From Mesotaenium endlicherianum (taxonomy: Eukaryota), in the NCBI GenBank assembly GCA_009602735.1, contig WELA01000395.1, positions 28,522 to 80,817 of the forward strand: DNA of 52,296 nucleotides. Direction: 5' to 3'. The translations under genes were made by a program, and so were the position numbers. Positions 39,891-49,330 of the stretch are shown piece by piece (positions within the stretch are counted from its first letter, which is position 1; the number at the start of each line of letters is the position of its first letter). The notes below the pieces were generated by a model, which saw nothing but the letters and a program-made list of their open reading frames with translations, was not told the DNA's origin and did not search any database.

Positions 39891-40825
39891 AAAAGTAAGC
39901 TGACGCTTGAGATCGAGGACGAAAGCTATTGAGTGATGGAAGCGCAAATTGCAAATGAAGCGATCAACTCGAAGGCGAAAGAAAAAGAACAATGAGAGCG
40001 TATCAGGCTTCAACCCAACAGCAAGAAAATGTAATGAGAGAAGAAGTGTAATGAATCAGTATATTAGTAGATATAATATTCATTTAAATATAATAATTAA
40101 TTTAGTTCAGCCTGCTGAACTTTAGTTAGTAGTCAGTCTGCTGAACTTTAGTTAATAATCAGTCTGCTGGACTTTACATAATTATCAGTTTAATGACTCG
40201 GCCAAAAGCAGCAGGCTGAAGTCAACTTAAGTCAGCTTGCTGACACATTCTTTGACAGCCAGCTGACTTCCGTGCTCGGTAGCAGCGAACTGCCTTGATA
40301 TGCATCTAAGTACCACCTGCTAGATGAATGGCCAGATGACATCCCCATGATGGATGGCTATTCGGGATGATGGGAGATGGCGGTGGATTTGGTTAACCGA
40401 GGTCCTACCAACGTGGTTAACTCCCGGGTAGGCGGTGCCATCGCACTGACCGTTGAACAGTAAACTCATTCCATGTACATATGCTAGGCATTGCTCTCGA
40501 GTTCGGCATTCGGAAACGAGGCCAACTCTCTTGTACAGCTTACTGAGAGAGCTCTGAATCCAAGGCGAGAAGCCATTGATACGCACTGTCTTCTAACCTT
40601 GCTTATGTATGAGTTTACTGATTTGCATCATTGATGCTAGTTTACTCGCATTTGACTTACGAGTATTATTCCCTGCTAGTGTATTGTCCTTTGCCGTTTA
40701 ACTAGTTAACGGAAATACCATAAAGATTACTTGCTGATATAAAGATCTTTATTAATTGTTAATCGCCTATTTGGTAAGTCGATTCATTTCAGTGGTATCG
40801 GAGCAGTTATCACAGTCTTCTTTGT

Positions 40826-42304
40826 ATGGTAAGGACAAGGTCTCAAACTAGCAACTCCCGAGACATGGAGAACCAGGATAACGAGAATGTCGAAAACCAG
40901 GCGGAAAGCCATGTAGCGGGAAACCGTACCTATTCGGAAGCAGTAGCGGATACTGCAGCTAGGGAGGCTGCAGATGAGGCAGCTGCTATTGCCTCAGTCG
41001 CAGCTCAGCAAGCTGAGGAGGAGATAGCCAGACTAGAAGCTGAACAAGTAGCAAAGGCCGCTGAAGATATACAAAGGAGGGAAGGACAGCCAGCTGACGA
41101 GCGCACTGTTGAAGAACTTATGGCATCAAGGGCCAATGTTCTGAACCCACCTCCTGCCGTACAACTCAATGTACCCCTAGGTCAAATACGTGACCGGCTG
41201 AATGCGGCAGGAATTGCTGCTGCAGGAGCAAGAGGGATTGTTGAGGACACTACTCAGCGAGTAGATGCCAATGCTGCTGCTGCATTTGCTAATCTACCAC
41301 CCCAAAATGTAGACTTGGGAGCATTGTTCGTTCAGATGCAGTCGCAAATGGCGACCATGTATCAGTCCCAGCAGGAGGACAAAAGAATCATAATGTCCCT
41401 ACTCCGGGACAGAGACCAACTGGGGTCTCACACCACTAGTGGTGGTGGCCGAGGGCCTAGTAAGCCCAAGCCGAAACCTCCCCAGGACTATGATCCTGAG
41501 GGAAACAGAAAATATTACCTGATCAAGTTTCTCGCGGATGTTGAGCAGTGGCTGGAGAACTACCCAGAACTGCAAGATTACGAGAAGGTCAGGCACACCG
41601 GTGCGCTACTGAAAGGCAGTGCCGCAGACTGGTGGCTTTACTGGAAGGAAGAGCGTAAGGCTCGGCAACTCGGTGACCCTACGTGGGTAGAGTTTGTCGA
41701 GAAGTTGCATGAGAAGTTTGATGTCATCAACCAGCAGGAGAAAGCTATCTATGCGATGATCTCCCTGACACTGAAGCAGACCACTTCAGTTGCTGAGTTT
41801 GCTCAAAAGTTCCAAGAGAACATGATGAAGCAGCCTGATTTGCCAGAACGGTATAGGATAGCATACTTCAGGTATGGCTTGAAATCCGAGGTCTCTGGTC
41901 ATTTTGCTGAGAAAAAGTATGAGAAACTGGCTGACTTGATCCAGGATGCTGACGCCTGGGATCAGCAGCAGTTCAATCACAAGCGCCAGAGTAACGCTTT
42001 GGTGTCTAAGATTGTCAAAAAGCCCCACGGTTCCTACAATGCAGTTGAAGGAGACCAGGCTGAGGATAATCAGGGTGATGAATATGAGTATGAGTACAAT
42101 GCTATTCAGTCTAGAGGTAGAGGTGGTCCCTCTCGAGGTGGCTATGGAAGGGGTGGTGGTAGGACTAAGCCGAGACCAGCCTCAGCAAAATCTACTTGCT
42201 ACCATTGTCAGCAGAAAGGCCACTACAGAGAACAGTGTCCGGTCAAGCACCTGCCTAAGGTCGAGAGAAAAGACCAGCCTTTAAAAGACAGCAACAGTCA
42301 GTAA
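40826..42304 (+). CDS. gag: C3 Gag
   Basis: 492 aa, CCHC knuckle. Confidence 0.95.
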   Translation: MVRTRSQTSNSRDMENQDNENVENQAESHVAGNRTYSEAVADTAAREAADEAAAIASVAAQQAEEEIARLEAEQVAKAAEDIQRREGQPADERTVEELMASRANVLNPPPAVQLNVPLGQIRDRLNAAGIAAAGARGIVEDTTQRVDANAAAAFANLPPQNVDLGALFVQMQSQMATMYQSQQEDKRIIMSLLRDRDQLGSHTTSGGGRGPSKPKPKPPQDYDPEGNRKYYLIKFLADVEQWLENYPELQDYEKVRHTGALLKGSAADWWLYWKEERKARQLGDPTWVEFVEKLHEKFDVINQQEKAIYAMISLTLKQTTSVAEFAQKFQENMMKQPDLPERYRIAYFRYGLKSEVSGHFAEKKYEKLADLIQDADAWDQQQFNHKRQSNALVSKIVKKPHGSYNAVEGDQAEDNQGDEYEYEYNAIQSRGRGGPSRGGYGRGGGRTKPRPASAKSTCYHCQQKGHYREQCPVKHLPKVERKDQPLKDSNSQ

Positions 42305-42393
42305 TCCAGTCTACTGACTGTGAGGATGCTAGAGATAGTGAGTCGTCACTAGCTGCCCTCGTAGCAGGTATTATGGGTCCTGCTGAACTGGAT
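42280..42393 (+). promoter_or_regulatory. Putative -1 programmed ribosomal frameshift element (slippery heptamer also at 24935-24941 and 34985-34991 on the minus strand)
   Basis: T_TTA_AAA in the gag frame within a gag/pol -1 overlap (pol frame open from 42259), 7-nt spacer, perfect 10-bp stem. Confidence 0.8.
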
Positions 42394-45300
42394 TCACTAT
42401 GCATGCCTGACAACCAGATAAAGGAGACCATCAGCAATATAGACGTCCAGAGAGTGCACACTCTGGATGCTCTTGTTCCACCTGATGTCCAACATTTCTT
42501 TGCTACGTCAGGAGAACAATGCGAAAGTCAGGAAAAGACAGTCCCCCCTATCCTACTGCATTGCATGATTGCAGGTAGGAAGGTGAGGGCATTTGTTGAC
42601 GGAGGGGCGTCACATACTTTTATCCACAAGGACTTAGTTAAGCGGCTAAGGCTGCCTACTGTCACCCAAGGGAATAGAAAAATATTCCTTGGAGATGCCT
42701 CAAGTATCCCGGGAGGAGTTATAACCAAGCCTATTGAGGTCCAGTTAGGTTCTGGCATTGCAGTTCTAACTGAAACGCTTACATTTGAGGTACTCAACAC
42801 TGGCTTTTATGATCTCGTGCTAGGCAGGTCCTGGCTTAATAGACATCAAGCTGAAGTGTGTTGGAGCAGAGGTACAGTTAAAGTGAGAGGAGCCAGTGAT
42901 GGGCAGACTGACTTGGCACCCACCAGTGCTCTTCCTCTTGTCCTGTGTGGATGGCAAATGAAGGAAAAGAAGAGGCTTCCAGAAGGATGCAAGTTGCTGA
43001 ATGCAATGGAGTTCGTCAAAAGCTGGAACCAGAAGGAAGACAGAATGTTCTGTCTGCTGCTAAGAGAGGTACCTCCTCAACCTGAAGAAGTGGTTGAGAA
43101 AAAGGTACACCCTCCGGAACACCCTACTGCTGCAAACATTGTTGCTCAGTACACGGATGTGTTTAATATGCCTCCAGGACTACCCCCTAAGCGGGAAGTA
43201 GATCATAGGATTGATTTATTACCTGGTAGCCAGCCACCCTGGCAACGCACGTATGGCTTGTCTTATTTGGAGAGTGAGGAGTTGAAAACACAGATTGCAG
43301 AGCTGGAGGAAAATGGTTACATTTCTCCCAGTAAATCACCGTACGGCGCACCTATCCTATTTGTTAAGAAAAAGGATGGCAGTATGCGGATGTGTGTGGA
43401 TTACAGAGCCCTGAACAGAATTACAGTAAAGAACAAGTATGCTTTACCCAGAATCGAGGACTTGCTTGATACCCTGTCTGGCGCTAAGGTGTTCAGTAAG
43501 ATAGATCTCAAGAGTGGTTATCATCAAATCAGAATTGCTGAGGGGGATGAACACAAGACTGCTTTCCGCACACGTTATGGACACTATGAGTTCAACGTGA
43601 TGCCATTTGGACTGACTAATGCTCCTGCTACCTTTATGGGTGCTATGAATGACATTTTCAGACCTTATTTGGATAAGTTTGTGCAAGTTTTCCTGGATGA
43701 TATTTTAATTTTCTCTAAAGATGAAGCTCAGCACACTGAACACTTAAAGAAAGTGCTGGACACTCTGCGGAAAAATCACTTGTATGCTAAAATGAGCAAG
43801 TGTGATTTCTTTAAGGAAAGTATTGAATTCTTAGGCCACGTTGTCAGTAAAGAGGGCATCAGTGTGGATCCTAAGAAAGTCCAGACCATAAGGGACTGGC
43901 CAGTACCACAGTCTGTCTCTGAAGTTAGATCCTTCCTCGGGTTGGCTAACTACTATAGGAGATTTATTGAGAATTATTCCACAAAGGCCAGTAAACTGAC
44001 TGACCTTACTAAGAAAGACATCGGGTATGTGTGGGGGGAAGAGCAGCAGGCTGCCTTCCAGACCCTTAAAGATGCCCTTTGTTCTGCCCCAGTGCTAGCC
44101 GTGTATGACCCCAGCAAACCGGTGCAGGTGGTTACTGATGCCTCTGATTTTGCCATGGGTGCTATTTTGTTGCAGCCTGCTGACAAAACCACAAAGGATG
44201 GTAAGGTACGGCAGGAGTGGCATCCTGTGTTGTATGAGTCTATGAAATTTAATCCAGCGGAGATTAATTACTCAGTGCATGATAAAGAGCTGCTAGCTAT
44301 CATTCATGTACTCAAACAGTGGAGAGCATACTTACATGGTAAAGCTTTTAAGGTGATTACAGATCATCTAGCTCTGACCCACTTTCAGAAGAAGTCCAAG
44401 CTGTCGAGGAGGGAGAACCGCTGGAGCCAGATGCTGGAGCAGTTCCAAGTCCAGATCGACTACAAACCAGGGAAGTTGAATCCTGCTGATGCACTCTCTA
44501 GAAGACCTGACTTGCAAGAAAGGAACTTTAGTCAGCATGCTGTAGATAAAGTCCTGTGTGCACTCACTTCACTAAAGGTGAAAAAGTCCTTCCTTGAACA
44601 ACTTAGGAAAGCCTACCTTTCTGACCCAACATTTGAGCCCAGCCCCACTACTGGTATGTGTCGTGCTACCGCACTCGGGTATAAGCTCAAGGGAGGGGTC
44701 TGGGTGACTGAAACCACTTCAGGCAGGCTGAAGCTGGTCATTCCTAATAATTTGGAAATAAGGTCTCTCTTACTGAGTCAAGCTCATGACAGTCTCCTGG
44801 GTGGACATTTGGGGCAGGCCAAAACTGTTGGCAAACTGGCAAAACATTATCATTGGGAGGGGTTACCCCGGGAGGTCTTGAAATATGTCAAGTCCTGTGA
44901 CCAGTGTCAGAGAAATAAGTCTCGGCACACACCACCCGGAGGTCTCTTGCAACCGCTACCCATCCCAGCGGGACGCTGGGAAACTATATCCATGGACTGG
45001 GTGGTCTCACTACCAAGAACTGCCAACGGGCATGATTCAATACTGGTAGTCGTGGATAAACTGACAAAAATGGTCATTTTTATCCCCACAACTGTCAAAG
45101 TGACTGCACTCGAAACAGCGAGACAGTTTTACAACCATGTAGTATGCCAACATGGGCTCCCTTCTAATATCATCTCAGACAGAGACTCAAAATTCACCTC
45201 TAAGTTCTGGAGAGCTTTAATGGGGTTAATGGGAGTCAAACAGCTGCTCAGCACAGCAAACCACCCTCAGACTGATGGGCAGACTGAAAGAACTAACCGA

Positions 45301-46089
45301 GTTCTGCAGGAGGTGCTGAGAGCATATATTAACCAAAAACAAGATAATTGGGATGACCTGTTGCCTCAAATTCAGTTTGCGGTCAACAGTGCGGTGCACG
45401 CGTCAACGGGCAAAACTCCTTTTGAACTCAGCCTGGGTAGAGTCCCTAAGTCTCCTCTAGATGTGCTAGGGGAATCTTTAACTCACCCTGAAGGGATTGA
45501 CAACCCGGTCTCCCTCCAGTTAACTCAGGAGTTTGCTGACACCCTGTCAGAAGTCCAACGAAACTTGCACACGGCCCAAGAAAACCAACAAAAATACGCT
45601 AATCAACACCGTCGGGAACTGACATTTTCCAAGGGGGATTTAGTCAAACTGCATTCTCAGCACCTGTACCTCCCTGGTGTGGTCAAGAAAAAGCTTGGCC
45701 CTGTCTGGGTCGGTCCATATTCGGTGGTCCGTCGTGTCGGTCAGAATGCTTACAAACTGAACATGTCAGCTGAATACAAGGGGCACCCGGTCTTTAATGT
45801 CTCCTTCCTGGAACCGTACATCAAAGGTGATACACTGTTCACAGGTCGGTTCCCTGTCCAACCGGGACCGGTCCCCGCTGTCCGGGACGGCGACCCTGAG
45901 GAATATGAGGTCGATGAGATTTTAGACGCTCGCTCGGTCCGTCGATCGTCTAAATATGTCATGAAATACCTCATTCGATGGAAGGGTTACGATGCCTCTG
46001 GGGACACTTGGGAGTTTAAGGACCACTTGACCAATGCCAAAGGGGCGTTGACACGGTTCCACCTTCGGGCCGCTGGAGTCCCTCCATAA
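42373..46089 (+). CDS. pol: C3 Pol (PR-RT-RH-IN-chromodomain)
   Basis: 1238 aa from the first ATG; only a few substitutions relative to C1/C2. Confidence 0.97.
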   Translation: MGPAELDSLCMPDNQIKETISNIDVQRVHTLDALVPPDVQHFFATSGEQCESQEKTVPPILLHCMIAGRKVRAFVDGGASHTFIHKDLVKRLRLPTVTQGNRKIFLGDASSIPGGVITKPIEVQLGSGIAVLTETLTFEVLNTGFYDLVLGRSWLNRHQAEVCWSRGTVKVRGASDGQTDLAPTSALPLVLCGWQMKEKKRLPEGCKLLNAMEFVKSWNQKEDRMFCLLLREVPPQPEEVVEKKVHPPEHPTAANIVAQYTDVFNMPPGLPPKREVDHRIDLLPGSQPPWQRTYGLSYLESEELKTQIAELEENGYISPSKSPYGAPILFVKKKDGSMRMCVDYRALNRITVKNKYALPRIEDLLDTLSGAKVFSKIDLKSGYHQIRIAEGDEHKTAFRTRYGHYEFNVMPFGLTNAPATFMGAMNDIFRPYLDKFVQVFLDDILIFSKDEAQHTEHLKKVLDTLRKNHLYAKMSKCDFFKESIEFLGHVVSKEGISVDPKKVQTIRDWPVPQSVSEVRSFLGLANYYRRFIENYSTKASKLTDLTKKDIGYVWGEEQQAAFQTLKDALCSAPVLAVYDPSKPVQVVTDASDFAMGAILLQPADKTTKDGKVRQEWHPVLYESMKFNPAEINYSVHDKELLAIIHVLKQWRAYLHGKAFKVITDHLALTHFQKKSKLSRRENRWSQMLEQFQVQIDYKPGKLNPADALSRRPDLQERNFSQHAVDKVLCALTSLKVKKSFLEQLRKAYLSDPTFEPSPTTGMCRATALGYKLKGGVWVTETTSGRLKLVIPNNLEIRSLLLSQAHDSLLGGHLGQAKTVGKLAKHYHWEGLPREVLKYVKSCDQCQRNKSRHTPPGGLLQPLPIPAGRWETISMDWVVSLPRTANGHDSILVVVDKLTKMVIFIPTTVKVTALETARQFYNHVVCQHGLPSNIISDRDSKFTSKFWRALMGLMGVKQLLSTANHPQTDGQTERTNRVLQEVLRAYINQKQDNWDDLLPQIQFAVNSAVHASTGKTPFELSLGRVPKSPLDVLGESLTHPEGIDNPVSLQLTQEFADTLSEVQRNLHTAQENQQKYANQHRRELTFSKGDLVKLHSQHLYLPGVVKKKLGPVWVGPYSVVRRVGQNAYKLNMSAEYKGHPVFNVSFLEPYIKGDTLFTGRFPVQPGPVPAVRDGDPEEYEVDEILDARSVRRSSKYVMKYLIRWKGYDASGDTWEFKDHLTNAKGALTRFHLRAAGVPP

Positions 46090-46356
46090 CTGTCATTTCA
46101 GTTGACACGGGAAGGTGACAGGCGGTCCTGTCTCCATTTAAGTTGGAGGGGAAAATATATGACAGTTAGTGAGCGAGAGCGATAAAAACACACTCATACG
46201 TTTATGTGTAGCGCATCGCAACTACGTCAACTTTTAGCAATCATCCTGTAAGGTAAACAGCAGCGAAGCCACTATACTAAATACTAACATACTTCCTGCA
46301 ATCCCTATGACAAAGGTCCATATCCTACTAACTTGTGCCCTGGTTACATGTGCAGG

Positions 46357-48033
46357 ATGGCGCCCACCACACAAAAGGAGGACAGAAAGCGCAAGGCAGA
46401 AGAAGCCAGGAGGACAATGGAGCAATACCAGAAGGAGCTGGCGGCGACGTCCCTCACCAGGAGAGAACAAGAAAGGGTCCGCAAACAACAAGAGGCGGCA
46501 GAAGAGGCACAGAGGAAGAAGGATCAGGAAGCGGAAAACCTCAGGAAGGCTGAGGAGGAGAGACAGAAGAAACAGCAAGAAGAAGCGGCAGCGGCAGAAG
46601 AGGAGAAAAGAAAAAAGATTGAAGCGGACAGACAGAAGAGCTTGGCCACTTACAGGTATACTGTGGTGGGTGGCCAAAACTTCGATAACCTGAAGGAAGC
46701 ATTGCTGGCAGCCCAGGAGATCAACAGGCTGGAACAGACAACACTGCTACAGAAGGAAGGAGCTACAGCACTGGACAGGTACATCGAGACACACACCGGC
46801 GTGGTCCTTTACGAAGATTATGCTAAGATGGTGGGCTATACAGCAGAGCAGGCCCGGTATCTCGCAGATGATTCAGAGGACAAGCCGGTCCCCATACCGG
46901 GAATAGTGGGAGATCAGAGACTCATCCGGATGGTGAGCATGCGGCCCGATAGCTTTAAGGATACGGTATTCTACCTCACACTCCTGCCAGCTTACAATGA
47001 AGTTGAGAGAAGGAGCTGGGAGTACTTGGCCAGGGAAGCAGGACAGCAGATGTTCTCTCCCCACTGGTTCCCGTGTAAACTGAGGAAGGCTGAGCACGGA
47101 CCCCAGTACTACCAGCAGCCAACAGACTGGAGGTGGATGACCGTCACAAATAAGAAGCAGGAGTGTGACCGAGCCCAACCGGATGACTTCCACTATGGCC
47201 TAGACGGCTATCTCATCCTACCACCTCACATTGCCCCTTGGGACCCCAGGCTGAATGGATGCCTGAGCAATATGAATGCAGAGACCAAGGAACATAGGAG
47301 GAGGGGAAGAGACTACTTCTCTAAGGGAAAGCATGCCTTTGTCAAATGGGCAAAGAATGCAGGCCGGATAGATATCAGTAGGCTGAAGGCCAAGCAACCT
47401 CCAGCGCGCCCTAAGAAAGGGAGGTCGGTAGACTACTCCATGTCTACTAGGGAGCAGGACGACTTAGTGGACGAGACCCCTACTCTCTCCGAGGAGGAGG
47501 ATGAGGAGGATGAGGAAGAAGAACAAGGCAGAGGAGAAGCATCAGCAGCAGGTACTCAGGATACCCAGGGACAGGCAGTGGCACTTCCTAAAGAACCACG
47601 ATCAGGTGTGTGGAATGTGATCCCCGTTATGGCGACAACTGGACCCCGCGCTCGCTCCCCCAGCCCACCTGCCCAAGCAGGGGAAGAAGCTGATCTGACT
47701 GTACTGGGCAGCAGACACAGACAGAAATCCCCAGAGGACAGGGGTGCCAGAAGAGGGACACGCGGGTGGGCCAGAGGTATGCCAGCCTCCCCCTCCGCTC
47801 AGGGGCATGTACCTCTAGCCAATGTATTTCAGCATCCTACTGGAATGCCTGTCTATGTGGGAATCAACACCCAAGTGGTTGAAGAGCAGGCCACCATCCT
47901 CCGTTCTCCTCGAGGGCCAACTTTAGAGCAAACAGGGTTCTTTAGAAGGCCAGCTGACAGACCTAGAGGGCTGTCCAGATCTAGGTCCAGATCTCCGTCT
48001 CCTGACCCTGAAGCCCCAGGAACAACCCCTTAA
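46357..48033 (+). CDS. C3 ORF3, unknown protein of about 558 aa
   Basis: Intact ORF; I saw two amino-acid differences from C1/C2. Confidence 0.85.
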   Translation: MAPTTQKEDRKRKAEEARRTMEQYQKELAATSLTRREQERVRKQQEAAEEAQRKKDQEAENLRKAEEERQKKQQEEAAAAEEEKRKKIEADRQKSLATYRYTVVGGQNFDNLKEALLAAQEINRLEQTTLLQKEGATALDRYIETHTGVVLYEDYAKMVGYTAEQARYLADDSEDKPVPIPGIVGDQRLIRMVSMRPDSFKDTVFYLTLLPAYNEVERRSWEYLAREAGQQMFSPHWFPCKLRKAEHGPQYYQQPTDWRWMTVTNKKQECDRAQPDDFHYGLDGYLILPPHIAPWDPRLNGCLSNMNAETKEHRRRGRDYFSKGKHAFVKWAKNAGRIDISRLKAKQPPARPKKGRSVDYSMSTREQDDLVDETPTLSEEEDEEDEEEEQGRGEASAAGTQDTQGQAVALPKEPRSGVWNVIPVMATTGPRARSPSPPAQAGEEADLTVLGSRHRQKSPEDRGARRGTRGWARGMPASPSAQGHVPLANVFQHPTGMPVYVGINTQVVEEQATILRSPRGPTLEQTGFFRRPADRPRGLSRSRSRSPSPDPEAPGTTP

Positions 48034-48940
48034 GGTGACACGCTGAAGAGGCAGTCAGTAAGGGAGGCTGGTCAGGTTCAGTTCCCTTATTTAAAACTTC
48101 TGCAGTTTAATGTTGTCGAGGCGACAACAAGTTAAGTTGGAGGGATTGTAATGAATCAGTATATTAGTGGATATAATATTCATTTAAATATAATAGTTAA
48201 TTAAGTTCAGCCTGCTGAACTTTAGTTAATAATCAGTCTGCTGGACTTTACATAATTATCAGTTTAATGACTCGGCCAAAAGCAGCAGGCTGAAGTCAAC
48301 TTAAGTCAGCTTGCTGACACATTCTTTGACAGCCAGCTGACTTCCGTACTCGGTAGCAGCGAACTGCCTCGATATGCAGCTAAGTACCACCTGCTAGATG
48401 AATGGCCAGATGACATCCCCATGATGGATGGCTATTTGGGATGATGGGAGATGGCGGTGGATTTGGTTAACCGAGGTCCTACCAACGTGGTTAACTCCCG
48501 GGTAGGCGGTGCCATCGCACTGACCGTTGAACAGTAAACTCATTCCATGTACATATGCTAGGCATTGCTCTCGAGTTCGGCATTCGGAAACGAGGCCAAC
48601 TCTCTTGTACAGCTTACTGAGAGAAATCTGAATCCAAGGCGAGAAGCCATTGATACGCACTGTCTTCTAACCTTGCTTATGTATGAGTTTACTGATTTGC
48701 ATCATTGATGCTAGTTTACTCGCATTTGACTTACGAGTATTATTCCCTGCTAGTGTATTGTCCTTTGCCGTTTAACTAGTTAACGGAAATACCATAAAGA
48801 TTACTTGCTGATAAAAAGATCTTTATTAATTGTTAATCGCCTATTTGGTAAGACGATTCATTTCAAGAACTCGCTCGAGAGGAAAAGGATAGAGACTAGC
48901 GTCTCCACCAGTGTTCAGGATTTGCATGGATCGGGGGAAA

Positions 48941-49330
48941 GGACAAAAGAAAGAGATAGATTGATTTGATAGAAGGTGGAAGATGGAAAGGTAATCCAGT
49001 TTAGAATATCAAATCAATGTACAGAGGCGTTCTGATGACTTTATAGTCATAGTTTGGAACAGCAGTAACTGTCTTAATATTATGGACTATTCTAGAATGG
49101 ATTGTGGCGAGTTGTACTCTGAATGTCGTTGGCGGATTCGCCTCTAGTAGTCGTTGGCAGAATATGCTACAGAGTCGTTGACAATATGTCTTCGAATGCA
49201 AGAATAGAACTATTATCCAAGCACTTGTAAGATCCAACATACGTGTAAGATATACTCTATGTATGTAACACGCGACACCCGACTTCCACAAGGAGGAACT
49301 GTCGCCTACTAGTCGACATAAAAAGGACCA
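48941..49330 (+). repeat. Diverged direct repeat, copy 2 (possible 3' LTR of old element D); ends approximate
   Basis: Similar to 7290-7620; preceded by purine run GGGGGAAA. Confidence 0.65.

Larger units (their letters stand above)
40047..48865 (+). mobile_element. Family C copy C3 (intact, opposite orientation to C1/C2)
   Basis: LTRs 40047-40791 (745 bp) and 48147-48865 (719 bp); PBS 40793-40804; PPT 48134-48146; flanks AGAAG / AGAAC (TSD with 1 mismatch). Confidence 0.96.
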
